The notes under the pieces: model-generated | The model's database searches: none | The model's input: only the letters and a program-made list of their open reading frames with translations | What the model was told of the DNA's origin: nothing | In this document: positions 1-12,596 of the stretch, piece by piece | Position numbering within the stretch: the first letter of the stretch is position 1 | Layout of the letters: each line of letters starts with the position of its first letter | DNA from: Kondoa subrosea | Lineage: Eukaryota | NCBI GenBank assembly: GCA_039545335.1 | Contig: BCIN01000002.1 | Coordinates: 1,191,118-1,255,117, forward strand | Direction: 5' to 3' | DNA length: 64,000 nucleotides | Position numbers and translations under genes: made by a program

Positions 1-800
1 GGAGACCTGTTTGAACAATCAAGAGCTGCTCGGAACACCTCTTTCCCACTCACATCACGACCAAAGTGACGATGTTTGGCAAGCTCGTCAATGAAAGCTT
101 TAGCGAAACCCATAACATGAGATCCTTGTTTGATCTTGGCACTGCAACTCGCATTGTCAGAGCTGATAGTATGAAGCGCGAGAGTCTCGTACATCAGACC
201 AGATTCTTCTTCCGTCAAGCTAGAAGCCATAATCATGCCGTTCTTGACCGATACAGCAGCAGTAGGATCGGCTTTGAAGTCGGTCGATCCAGGCAAGCAG
301 ACATGTGCTACGAAAGGAACAGCTTCGCCTGCTGCAGCAATGGTTTTGCAATGACAGAGGGCCTGTTTTCACGTAAGAATAGCTTTTCAAAGAGGAAGGC
401 AACTTACTTCTCTGACAAAGTGAATAATCCTGCCTTCAATGCCTTTACGCAGTTCTCGTCACCGCCAGGGAAGATGAGACCATCGAAATGAGTAGAGCGA
501 CATGTTAAGAGCAGTTGCAAATCGTAAAAAGCTCAAGCCGTAGACGAACAAGTCTTCATAGTGAAGTCTACATCTTTGAGTGAGAACGCCAGAAGCAGAA
601 GTATCGCCCTTCTTGACGCCTCTCGGATATTGCGGTCCTTTGCGAGGACCAATGAGCTTCACGACTATGCCCATAGCTTCGGGACGATCTTGATGGCATT
701 GACTGGAACAGGATCATAGCCATCTAAGGTGAAGATAGCGAGACAAGTCGTGATCGTTTCGCCATGATGGCCAGTCTGATTCACTGTCTGTCGTTTTCGA
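1..800 (-). pseudogene. Degenerate C-terminal (DJ-1/GATase1-like) domain of a large-subunit (KatE/CatA-type) catalase; runs off the left edge
   Basis: Minus-strand pieces read AIFTLDGYD..., EAMGIVVKLIGPRKG, DVDFTMKTC-RSTHFDGLIFPGG, GRIIHFVRE|ALCHCKTIAAAGEA and FAKAFIDELAKHRHFGRD. These follow the order of the large-catalase C-terminal motifs. Joining them needs frameshifts near 682, 580 and 435, and one acceptor reads CAT instead of CAG (502-504). Introns are retained. Confidence 0.75.
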
Positions 801-1453
801 GTTTCATACTGCGTTTCGACGCAAGAAGGAGGCAACCGGTATGCTCTTGATCTGGATCGTTTGGCAAACAGATCCGCAGAGCATGAACCCGGGCCCCCTA
901 TAATGATGCCCCCGTTTGCAAAATGAAGTATTCGGAGGAAGATGAACAACGCGATGAAGCGGAAATACGAAGTCTAGCTTTGAAGTAAAGCATGGAAAAG
1001 TTGAAGAATGAGAAGAAGAAAGGAGACCGTTGTTCGAGCACTTTGTGGGCTTGGAGGCTGATCAAAGCATAACGCTTCGGATATAGAGCAGCAGATGAGA
1101 CTGGTCTGGACCTGAATCCAACGACAGAAACGCGAATTAGACACAGAGGGGCACCTTGTTGTTGGGCAATGCATTCACAGTGACAGTTGCTGCCGTCAGC
1201 TGATCGCAATAATGTTAATTTGATACAACTCCGATTTTCTACGAATGTACCAAATAGGTCTGGCAAATAGTGTATTTGGCATAGTGTAGTATTGATAGAA
1301 CGCATATATGCTGACGACAGTCCGCTCGGAGAATAGAGGTATGCCGATCAGAGTGCAGAAATTCGGTTCATGGGTCCAGTGATTGGTGTAGAGCATATGA
1401 TATGGTAGAAATATGTGTCGATCGACTGTGTTGGGTATATGAGTCTTGCTTGA

Positions 1454-1800
1454 TCAGGCGTTTTGTTTTCTTCCTTTAGCTAGACCGTTGCACTTGGTTT
1501 TATGGCCCTCTTTCCAACTGGAATACTCTTTCCAACTGGAATACAACTTAGCAGCCATTGATACGCGAAAGCAAACCTTTACGCACTGTTTGGCCTGGCA
1601 TTCGGTCGAGCAATACATTGCCAATGAGCCTGCATGCAATGTCAGGAACTGAGTAAGGCTCGTCGAGACTTGTACGAACAGTTGGGACAGTTCTTGAACG
1701 ACTTGAAGGTTGCATCAGCCTTCGCGAATAGGGCAGCATCATTGCCTCCGTCCTTTCTTTTGAAATATCGGACGCAAACCACGCAGACGAGATTGCCACT
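1454..1800 (-). pseudogene. MYND zinc-finger exons with no identifiable start codon
   Basis: Spliced reading: GNLVCVVCVRYF...FKNCPN|CSLAMYCSTECQAK|HWKE(YSSWKE)GHKTKCNGLAKGRKQNA*, which contains the complete MYND Cys/His pattern. There is no ATG between 1800 and the dynactin stop at 2012. Confidence 0.6.
1508..1543. repeat. Perfect 18-bp tandem duplication (CTCTTTCCAACTGGAATA x2)
   Basis: Read directly: 1508-1525 equals 1526-1543. Confidence 0.95.
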
Positions 1801-2011
1801 GGATGGGGTCAGAAGATGTGTTAGCAGCGGATTGTTGGATGTCTTGAGTGCCTCAACCCGCGCAACAGCTGTGATTTACAGCTCTTCGCTCCGATCACAC
1901 GTTACCACTTTCTTAATTTTGGTATTTATCGGACACCGTTTCTTGGCAGCCTTACTCAACGATTATAATGCAAGATATCTCAATTTCCAGGTATATCCAC
2001 AGATCCACTTT

Positions 2012-5000
2012 TTACACCACATTCACCACACTCGGTAGTTGCCTCTGAAGCGACGACAAGCGACTCTGCAACGACTTCATTCTGTCCTTCTGCTTGTCGA
2101 GCTGTGTTTCCGGTCTTGTGCTGTGTTTCTGCCATTTTGTTGCCGGCTGAACTTTGCTCAAATCGACCACTGTCGCTCTAGATGCTGCATTCAATGTATC
2201 TTTCCATAGAGCTCTAGTCTGCTCAGCGACACTTCGTAACTTATCGTTGTCCTTTTGTGCAGTTGTAAGTGAGGGAAGAGATTCGAGATCATTAATCATT
2301 GTCCTTGATTTGAGGAAAGAGTTCTCAGACTTCAAAAACCGTACGGAGCCTCGAAGACCTTCAATGTAGGAAAGAAGATGAGCTGTTTCTAGCGATCCAG
2401 TGAAGCCGACACTTTCATTTTGGCTGTTAGCTAGAGTAGAAGAAATTGCTCGAGTAGGTGAAGAAGCCGCTTGTGCTGTGACTTGCTTCATCTTAGCATT
2501 CTCTTGCTCGAGCACATCCAGATCTTTGTTGAGCGATTCGATAGCTTCCTCATAAGCCTTTTCTTGTTTCCGAGCTTTGCCAAGCTCAATTTCCAGGTCA
2601 CCAACGGATTCAGCTTGCTTCTTAGCTGCTTCCATTCGTTTCTCAATTAGTTCAATCTTTACCGAACTTTCTTGAATCGCTTGATCCTATTGGTCCCGAG
2701 TCAGTGCAGTTTGAGAATCACATTGTAGAGGACTTGCCTTGACTCGCATTAATCGCACAAGTTCGCGCATTTCCTCGTTCATCTTTGCTGCCTTCTGTTC
2801 AGCTTCGAGATTTACAGCAGCTGATGTAGCGATTTGAGCGACTCTTTCGGACCAAGGACTCAAATAGATTGCTATAACAGGATCAGCGCATTTCCGCAAA
2901 GGTGTCGAAGAGAGGCTCACTTGTTTGAGTGTTCGCCGGTTCCAAAGCAGCAGCCAAATTAGTGGAAAGTCGAGTCATTGATAAAGCCATTTCGGTGTCG
3001 AGTGCAGCCAGAACATTGTTGGAGCGGAAACCGAGTTCTGAGGTAGCCTCTTGGACTATGCCGAGTATAGTATCGACTGACAAAGGTTGACGAAGAGATT
3101 TGATCTCTGTCCCATAACGCAAGACTGACTCTGTCATCTACACCGGCACGTCAGCGATATGAAAGCAGCGGTCGGAAGACGTACTCGAGCGGCTGCGTTG
3201 GCTAGCAGATGGACTGTGCGTCCAACGTCCGACAAACTTTCGACGCTATCCGGCTGAAGATAAGAGCCTTTCGAGACTAGGTCATCGAGCCGGCGAAGCA
3301 TCTTGCGCCCAATATTTTGTGCTTGTCTTGCTTGATCAATGAGACTTTGGAAGGGTTCGAAGAGCGTCGCATCCAAATCGGTATCATCTGAAGTGATAGC
3401 TGTATCTGTTGGTCATTATGAGCTTCTTCCACAGCTAGAATGCTGAAGGAATTACCTGCGTCTTTGCTCAGAGTTACTACGCTTTGCTTGAGGTAGCCAA
3501 TGCCAGCCACAAAGGTATCTAGGTCCAACTCAAAGGTAGTAGCCTGACCCAGTTGCAGCTCGCCAAAGTCCAGGCCAGATTCGCCTAGATGGACTTCTGC
3601 TACGTGTGCAGCTTGGGCAATGAATCTAGCAATATAGATCAGAAAAGCAGCCGGGTTCATCAGGACAAGCTCACTTATCCAGCTCTCGACTACAATCGAG
3701 CTCTTTCAATTCATCTTTCTTGACCTGTTCTACAAAGAGATCCAATTTTTTCTCAATGGCAGCGAGTTCGCGGTACACTCCACCCATTCTTAAGAAGATC
3801 TCAGGGGAGCATCGTCGCAAATTGGCAGCGAAGCGCTTCGTTAGGATAGAGAATCGAGCCAATTTGGCTCGAGCTTGACAGACTAGAACGAGACCTTCTG
3901 GTACTGTCGTATTCAGCGTTTCGGCAATATTGTGCTTTTGGGTCAAGCTGTTGACCAAAAGCTCGCTTTTGTATGTCAAGCGCTCGAAGAACAGCAGAGC
4001 GTCGATAGCATCGCCATCTGCCTCAAAGAAGACGCTTGGAAGGTAGGGCTATGGGAAATCAGCATTTGATCTTATAAAGGGCGATAATAGAATACCTTGA
4101 CTATTGTCAGACGCTCAATAGCTTCTCTGGCATCTAACTTCCGTAGTTCGAGGTCGATTGTCCTGACTTGCGATTTCATAACAGTGTTCTGCAACTTCAT
4201 ATTGAGCGACAGCATGGCTTGACTTTGGCTCGAGAGTTGCTGAACATCGGTCTGGGCCATGTTCTGCTGCTCTCGCATGCTTTCCAGATCGCTAAAATTG
4301 TCATGAGCAATCTTTGTTGTCCTAGTCAGACGCAACATACCTTTGAAGATTGACAACAAGCTCTCGGAACTGGCTGATTGTGCCTTCGTAATCCACCATA
4401 CTTTCTTCCAGTAGATCAACTCTTCTGCGGCTGTCAGCGAGCAGTACATCTTTCGTTTCTGTTTGACATTTTAGTAATTGTCGTAGAGAGATATCTGCTG
4501 ACTGACCGATTTCTTCAATCAATTGCTTCTCATTCTCTTGATGATTCTCTTCAAGCTCATCATTGAGTTCCTGAAGAGCTTCAAGATCTTCGACAACAGC
4601 TCGAAGCTCTTCCACTTTCTACTCGCGTGAGTCAGAACAGCTAATAGATTTCGGCAGTTTCATTTACCTCGCTCAAGGTCAGATTGCGCTCAGTGACCTG
4701 TTCCAGCATGTCTTCAGCACCTAAAGCGTCATCAAGCTGCAATTTGAGGTCTTCCACTTGTGCTTCAGCTAGTTCCGCTCGAGCCGCAACATCGTCGAAT
4801 TCGTCTGGACAGGCAATTCAGCTGTTCCATTAACAATGGAGCCAGAAAGACGTACTCTGCAGATCAGCAGTGAGCTCTAGCTCTTTCTCCAAGTCTGACA
4901 TTTTGCGACGATGTTCCGCATCGCTTTCAGTAGTAAGGTCGCGCAAGCTACAGGAATGATCCATCATTGATCCGACGAGGGAAATTGGCCAACACTTACC

Positions 5001-6452
5001 GTCCTAGAGCTTCCTTCAGGCGTTCATTTTGCTTTTCGAGCTGAATGAACGCTAAGGAAGAGCGATCGGCATCTGAAGGTGTAGCTGAAGCGACTTCGCC
5101 GTTGATGCGGACTGTGTCACGATCTTTAGAGCCACTCGACCGAGAAGAAGTCGATCGCTCACCAGTCTCGTCTCGTAAAACACCTAGCTCAACTTCCAGC
5201 TCCGCACACTTCTCCTTGAGCATATCTAATGAGGATTCTGCCATCTCACACTTCTCTTCAGCGACTTCCTTGTCCAAAGTAGCCATCTCGACTTCATCCG
5301 CCAAATCAGCATACTTGTTATTGACGCTATCTCGTTCGCTTTCAAGTTCTTTGTTCGTTTTCCTCAATTCTTTTACTTCGGCATTCAGTTCCAACAGTTT
5401 GGCTTGTAATTTGGGACGAGTCTTATTCCAGGTTTCGGCTTCCTCCTTGAGTCGATCCAATTCTTTCAACCGTTCTCTAGACTCAGCTTGACGGGTTTCC
5501 AGCATTTTCAAGCGTAACAAGGTTTCTTCATGCGTTCGAAGAGGTACAGTCTGTTCTGTTAACCGTTTAGGTTCTTTGCTTTTGAGCGAAAAAGGATCTT
5601 CTGGTTCTTTTCTGTTGATTTGAGGGGAATCGGTGAAATCATTCAATGTGGGAGCAGCGAAATCGAGTAGAGAAGATTGAGGATTAGATTGATCTACTAG
5701 ATCTTGGAATGAATGAAGTTCATCTTCTGGTGTATTTGGTGATGATCTATGTATTGGAGGTGAAAGTAGACCAGTACGAGATTGTGAAGATAAAGGTCGA
5801 CTGCTGGCTATTGATCGACCACTTCGAGCGGAAATCGCAGAAGCTGCTGAAGTTGCCGACGAGTTTGATGCGTTCCGGGACATCGTTGTACTCCCTATGC
5901 GAGGTGTACCAGTTTGTAGGGTTGCACGAGGCGTAGCAGCTATTCGAGAGGCAGTGGATTGACTCGTACTTTTGCTCAAGGCATTTCGAGGTGTAGCAGG
6001 TACTTTGAAGGTCGAAGTCGGTACAGCTACCGGAGCTTTCTTGATAGACATGGTTGAAGGAGTACGAGACCCGATGACTGGCCGCACTGGGGTAGGGGCA
6101 GAAGATCTGGCTACGCTGCTTGGTCGAGATGCAGGCTTGTACGCATTCATGGCTCAGCACATGCCTCACCTTGTTAGGAATGCGTGCACACCTGCGAGGA
6201 AACATCTCCTTCCACTTTGACAGACGACGGCCTAACAAAGACGCCATGCAAAGGCTCGCAGTCGAAGTATCGCTTGTCGCCTACTGCTCCATCGTTCTTT
6301 CCTCCAGGTCCATCCAGTTTGATGCCTACCCATTTACCTACCGCGAATGCTGTGCTGCCAACAAAGGCTACTGTTCCAGATCCTGCCGCTACAGAAACCC
6401 TCTCGCCCAAAGTAAATGTTTGTTCAGCATTCTTTTCTCGCGCAACAGCCAT
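2012..6452 (-). CDS. DCTN1: Dynactin subunit 1 (p150Glued/Nip100/Ro-3), about 13 exons
   Basis: N-terminal CAP-Gly domain (GKWVGIKLDGPGGKNDG...YFDC...GVFVRPS), S/T/P/R-rich basic region, coiled coil with EMATLDKEVAEEKCE and QLEKQNERLKEAL, and DLEALQELNDELEENH. The frame is maintained across ~50-nt introns. Confidence 0.95.
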
Positions 6453-6766
6453 GATTGCAGGCTCAAATGGGGTACTGCTTGCTAGAGGTATCTGTGGGTC
6501 CGCCGATGCGCTTCCATCTTGGTATCTGCTTGGCCGACTCGGATCATCAATTGTTCGACATATCTTGCCAATGATGGAAGCTCACACTACTATGCATGAC
6601 TGCTGTACCACTCTGCTTGCCTCGCGACTCGTACTCGCCTTCTCTCGCTCGCTTGTGTCCTCGCTTTGCAATTAACCGCACGCACGCGTAATGTGTCGCC
6701 CTGTTGCCCCAGGTTTTTAAATCTCTCTCGTCCTTCTTCCACTCCCACGACGATACACTGAACACC

Positions 6767-8087
6767 ATGACTACTTTTGGCAGAAAAACTTCCGCTGAAC
6801 AAGCTGCTCTTCACTTCCGTGATCAAATCCGAGAGAAAACAGGTGAGTATATTTCAGAAACTTGCTCCTATCTAATTGACGAAACTGTTCAGTCTTGATA
6901 ACCGGTGTATCACCTCAAGGTCTTGGAGCAGAAGCTGCGCGAGTTATTGCCAATCAAGGAGCTCTAGTCATTCTAGCAGGCCGCAATCAGGCAAAGTTGG
7001 ATCAGACTGCTGCTGATATCCGCAAGGAAACTCCGGATGCAAAGTTACGACTCCTGATCCTGGATCTGGCTTCACCAGATGCAGTTCGCAGAGCAGCAGC
7101 GGAAGTCAATACTTATACAGAGCCTCTCGATATCCTCATCAACAATGCTGCCATCATGCATGAACCCAAGAGAGTGTCATCTCAGTACAAAGATGCGGAA
7201 GCCCAGTTCGCTATCAATCATCTTGGCCCTTTCTTATTCACGAACCTGATCAAACCTCGTTTGGCTGCTTCCAAATCACCTCGTATCGTCAATATTTCTT
7301 CTGCTGGGCATATTTATTCTGGCATTCGCTTTGAAGATGTTGGTTTCAACAATGATTATGACGGTTAGTGAATTTCAATGACAATTTCTGATCTATGTCT
7401 CAAATATAATTACTCTAGGATGGAAAGCCTACGGTCAAAGCAAGACTGCAAACATGCTCTTTGCTGTCTCGCGTTTGTCCGAGCCTTTTTTGTAGCAACT
7501 CCGTTCGCTCATTTTCATGCTTCTTGACTGCCATAGTGACTAGCAAATGGAAAGACATCAACGCGGCTGCCTTCAGTCTACATCCGGGAATGTACGTTCT
7601 CGGCCGCTCTGTCCATTCGGTGTTCAGGATTGTTGTGACTACTGCTGCGCAGAATCACTGGAACAATGCTTAGCCGAACTACAGGAATGTTTGATTGGAG
7701 CATCTGGCCGATGGTCAAAGCTCGAGTGTTTGAATTACCCAAAGCGATACCTCAAGGCTCAGCAACGTGAGTTGTGTGCATTTCGGTATGCATAAAGGCT
7801 GATATCTTGCTGTTACAGACACATTGTAGCAGCTTTCGATCCCTCAATTGCAGGTGAGCATGTTGAGCGAATTGAATAGTGCAAACTAACATGATCTCCG
7901 CGTCTAGATCAATCAGGTTCTTACTTGGTAGACTGCCAAATCAGCCACAAGAAGGCATTCGATCATGGTCTTAATAAGGTTCTTTGCTCCTCACTTGTCG
8001 CCTTTGCAGTGCTAAACTTCCGTGTAGGAAGCGGCAGAGAAATTGTGGATTTTGTCGGAAGACTATGCTGGCCAGAAGTTCACCTAA
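6767..8087 (+). CDS. Short-chain dehydrogenase/reductase (retinol dehydrogenase/WWOX-like)
   Basis: ITGVSPQGLG Rossmann variant, DILINNAA, NHLGPFLFT, RIVNISS, catalytic YGQSK, SLHPG, C-terminal AEKLWILSE. Confidence 0.9.
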
Positions 8088-8284
8088 CGCTTTGAAACTC
8101 AAGCTTCAGGTTTGGAAACGCTTTGTATAAATATATTGTGATGCACGCACTATCCTCCGGGACATGTTCTTCTCTTCCTCGAATACACTTGTGAACTATG
8201 TGTAAGTTCTTACCTAATGAGTCAGTTTGTTTTCCGACACGCCCATCTCTCGAAGCAACAACATAGATCGCAGCGCTCGAGGTC

Positions 8285-9489
8285 ATGAGCAGTGCACAGA
8301 AAGCTAGAGCAGCAGCTGCGGACGTGGCTTTGGCAGTAAAGCTTGAGGCTAAATTGGTTCGCTGCCTTAAGAACAGTACGAAGTTTGCTCACATTAAAGG
8401 CGTAAGCCCGGTTACTGATCAACAATGCACATAGGAAGCTTCAAGCTACTGGGGGAAGTCATTCAGGGCTATCCAGATTCAAGCAGAGTCGCAGTTCTCA
8501 CTTGGAAACGTCTCGCAGGAGACAAGTACGAGTTGGCTACTTTGCTGAAGGCTTACCAGAGCCTTGCTGGTGAAGAGGTCTGTTCACACAAGAGTAAAAC
8601 CATATGCCTGGCTTTCGTCGGTGCATTAGATGGGCTCCTTTCCTTCTTGCAAATCTCGTCTCGATTACGCTTTCATTCTATTACGACTATCCAATCCCTT
8701 GCTTTGTCGACCGCGCGCATCGCGTTCACTGTTCTTTTTGAGGCTCTTAACGGCGGCTGTAAAGCCTTCACCGAGGGTCTCCATGCAGCAGAGTTGGCCG
8801 TCGGTTGCTTGGCTATGATCTACAAAGCTTGTACGCGCTGGCCTCAAAGCTTCGATGCTCTATACGACACGATCGAGTCCGATCCAGTTGTTAAAAGAAG
8901 TTGGTCCAACACAATGGATCGCTTAATATCGAAATGGAATGTTGTAATGGATGAGCAAGAGGACGATAAGGGAAGTGATAATGGTTCAATAATCGACGAA
9001 CGCGATAACCCAATCTTTTGCGATGGAGTTCCTTTTGTGGTCAGACTGGCGAATATTCTCCATTTGAGCGATTACATATTACCGGAAACCGACAAAGCTA
9101 TAGTGCAGGAAGCGATGGCCGATGTTCCTCCTGGTCAAATTCGTTATTATTTACTTGATGAAGTCGTCGGCGCGGGTTCAGCCGTTCTACCAAGATTCTA
9201 TGCATACCCGAAAGCGTATTGCTTCACTTGTGGTCGCGGGTTGTGTGATTGCTGCCCAGGTCAAGAACCGCTCAAGTACTGCAGCGCTTGTCAGCTGGTC
9301 ACCTAGTGAGTCGCTGTCAGCCTTTAGTCCAAGAAGACTCACAGAGATGTATCTCCAGTTGCGACAGGGCTTGTCAGAAGCTTGGTAATTATGTCGCACT
9401 CCTTGGTCCTGGTCAAGCTCATGTACCAACACCTCATAGATTGGGCAAGACACAAGAAAAGCTGTTCTCGTGAATTTGCTCTTCCTTAA
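8285..9489 (+). CDS. MYND zinc-finger protein with uncharacterised helical N-terminal region
   Basis: ORF 8425-9306 plus two short exons gives CFTC...[26 protein letters not shown]. The 5' exon and start are tentative. Confidence 0.75.
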
Positions 9490-9565
9490 ATCTGAATTGG
9501 ACAAACGGGTCTGCAACCTATGTCATGAATATGATTGTACATTACTTGGCCGTCACTTCTGCATT

Positions 9566-11348
9566 TCATTCGGGTGCTGTGAATGCTACAACTTTGACTT
9601 CCAAACTCTTCGTATTCACCAAAACCACTTGACCCGTTTCGCTGAAAGTCGGTATGCAAATCACTCTCACTTGCTGTCCGTCATCGCCTGTGTGCATGAC
9701 ACGTCAGTACTTGTATACAAGCAACACATTACAGCATTTACCAGTCATCAGTTCCGTTGCGAAAGACGGTTGATTACCAACGAAATAAACATGCGGACAT
9801 TCTGTAATGATGAAAGGGTCGTTCTTCGAGATAGGATAGCAAGCTATTACTCGCGATCAGCTCTTTAACCCCCTTCCACAAAAGTGGCAACTTACCAATC
9901 GTATCAGGAGCAGTAGGAGCCAAATGAGACCAATTGAGCGTATCTTTCACCATACCTAATCGATCGTCTTCTTCCAAATAGCGATAAATATCATCAATAT
10001 TCTGACCACTTGTTCCCAAAAACGTTTTCCCCGCAATCTTACAACTGAAAGGGTTCGTTACTGTAGAGAACTGGTCCAAGGGATATTTGCATGCGTCTGG
10101 TAGAAGAGCAGAATGCATAGGTTGTTGAGGTAAAGTAGGTACAGCTGGATCTCTTTCGCCTGGCATGAGAGTAACGTCAAGATTGGGCAGAATGGAAGTG
10201 AGGAAAAGGTTCAGTGCTTGAGTAGGTCGTGAAGAGTAAATCGAGGCATCATAACCGTATTGCTTTGGTTTCTTGCTTGCAGCGACCTTCTCGTTCGATC
10301 TGACCGGTTGACGCATTGAATTACCTGCCAGAATCAATCTTGAGATTTTGGCAGATTGGGCTCGCTCCTGTGTCTTCAGTGTAAGTAATTTGAGATGTAT
10401 AGACTTGCCATCGAACACGCACTGAATCGCCAGCTAATTCGCCAGTCAAGAACTCGCTCAACAAATCCGCACGCAAATCATCCGCATCTTCACTTCCTCC
10501 CAATTCAAGTCCAGAAGCTAGAGCAACCCACGTTTCGCTGTCTTCCGTCTCTGCTTCTTTACCTTTTCCATTCGGTACAGCTGAAGCGCTTTGAGGTGGA
10601 AGACCAGAATAACAGATATCCATGACTTCAAATTCACCAGACGGTGTCTCTGCTCCAAGTACAGCGCAGATGATCCCTATCACCTCAGATGAGCTGTGTT
10701 ATCATAGAAAAGAAGGCAGATAATACCAGTAACGAAATTCCAGGACTTGTTAGCAATCCTGTCCCCAACTAGAGTGACCCGACCACTTTCATCCTCCAGT
10801 GATATCTCATCGCCTGCAGAGTAAATCTTCTCAGCTGGAGGTGGAACAATAATGTTGTGCTGTTGAATGAATAGCAAGCAAATAAGCAATAGCTTAAAAC
10901 CTTGGTCTACTGCATTGACCTCTCTAGCAATCTCCTGCAGCACATCCGGTTTCAACCTCATGTTCATATAAACCGTTCCAACAATGTAGCACAATTCGCC
11001 TTGCTGCACTTCCAACACTCGAGCAACATATTTCGGTTTAACTTTCTTTCCATTAGATTCCAGTTCATCCCATTTGTTAGCTGCTTGACTTAATACTCGT
11101 TTACGTAGTTTGGCCAATCGCATATAGTACAAATTCGCATATTGCTTCGTGTAGTCTTTGCCTGAATCTTTGGTCACCAGGTAGGCTTTCGACAGTTGTT
11201 CCTACTAGTCTGTCAGCACACATGTATAGGCTGAAGAGCAAGAGAGACAGACTGTGTTCTCGAGCGCAAAAGGTTGTCGCGTAAGTTTGCTGTAGGAAGT
11301 TGAAGCTACTGGTGCTTCCATCAATGGGAAAGTCGGGTCGCTAGTCAT
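9566..11348 (-). CDS. POL31: DNA polymerase delta small (B) subunit
   Basis: QYANLYYMRL, LEDESGRV, MPGERDP...LPQQPMH, VTNP, FLGTSGQNIDDI, WSHLAPTAPDT, C-terminal IPTFSETGQVVLVN. Confidence 0.95.
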
Positions 11349-12596
11349 ACAATCAGCTACAGTGAGCAAGAAGCGCGAGACGCTGCTGACATTTCCATAA
11401 TTTGTTGCTTGTTTGGGTCAACCAAATTGCTGCTCCTTGCCTGCTCTGTCATGCTTTGTCATGCGTTATTCGTCTATCACGCTCGCGCATCACATGAAAT
11501 ACATCTGAGGCATCATATCCGAGTTCCCAAATTTGGTTGCTGTTTTGCTCTGAAGAAGACTCTTGCTCGAACGCGTTGCTGTCCCTTCCATTGCGCGCTC
11601 GTTTAACAGCTTCCTGAACTGCTGGAATCCGATACGTACTGCTTGCTTCGAAATCTGGAGAATTGTCGGCTGCGCGAAGATCATTGCGAAGGTGTTATTA
11701 CTGCTTGCATGATTGATATTCTAATGCTTTGTCACACTACTCTTTCAATCACTCGTGCTTCCCATGAAGTTCGTTACCTTACAGAGAGGAGGAAAGGCAC
11801 TTATGTCTGGGCTGAACATGCTCTGCTATACCTGTCTGGATGGTGCCCAACTGCAACAATGGTTTCGCATCATGTCCTTGGCATGTACTTCACAAGTTGC
11901 AGGGATGCACAGCAAAAGTATGGAGACTATTATTATGCTTCAAAACCAACTTCGAAACAAGAGAACAGGCCTGCAAGAGAGAGAGATTCGTCCGCAGTTA
12001 AGCTCGCCATCATATTGATACAGCTAGAAAACTGACAGAAGAAGGCGACATACCTGGCCACAAGCGCGACTATGCTCATAATAACTAGATGAAGCGAACC
12101 ATACATTATCAGTTGACAGGCTTTGTTGGGCTTGAAGCCTGTGCAACCCTGTTCTGTTTAGCACCGCATCCGTCATTCCTCTAGAGCCGAATCCGTTTTA
12201 CTCTTAACTCAAAGATAACTGTACTCGCTATGTTCCTGCTGCAGCTATTTCTGCTTTGTGTCGATTCAAGTTCACCACGTTCCTGCTATTCGCCGAATCG
12301 AGGGCTTCAAGGCCGCCGAATTACTACGGGCAGAGCAAAAAGTAATGTCTCGGCTGATTAATGGGCTCGATCAGCTCTGAATCCTTGTGCGCATATGCGT
12401 CGCACTGCCACAGAGTCCGCGTGTGTACCTTTCTTTCGTACAGTCCACCTAGCGTGTTCCTAAACCAATCGAAGCGGTGCTTTTCAAGTCCCACTCCACT
12501 TTGCCATTCGAATGACGCGTGCTTAGAAATCGACAATCACGAATCTCCCATCTTTTTAAATTTACCCTCTCTTGTTCCCTCCTCAAACCACTCATT

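Noticed and set aside
920..1400. Charged plus-strand reading MKYSEEDEQRDEAEIRSLALK* and nearby short ORFs
   Set aside because: Multiple stops and no recognisable homology.
5045..6675. Long antisense ORFs over dynactin (likewise over eIF5, NOT1, PRP43)
   Set aside because: Shadow ORFs expected opposite coding sequence with biased codon use.
11409..12540. Short ORFs and a 9-bp inverted pair in the POL31/ferritin-like spacer as a gene, MITE or riboswitch
   Set aside because: No motif, target-site duplication or TPP aptamer consensus is visible.
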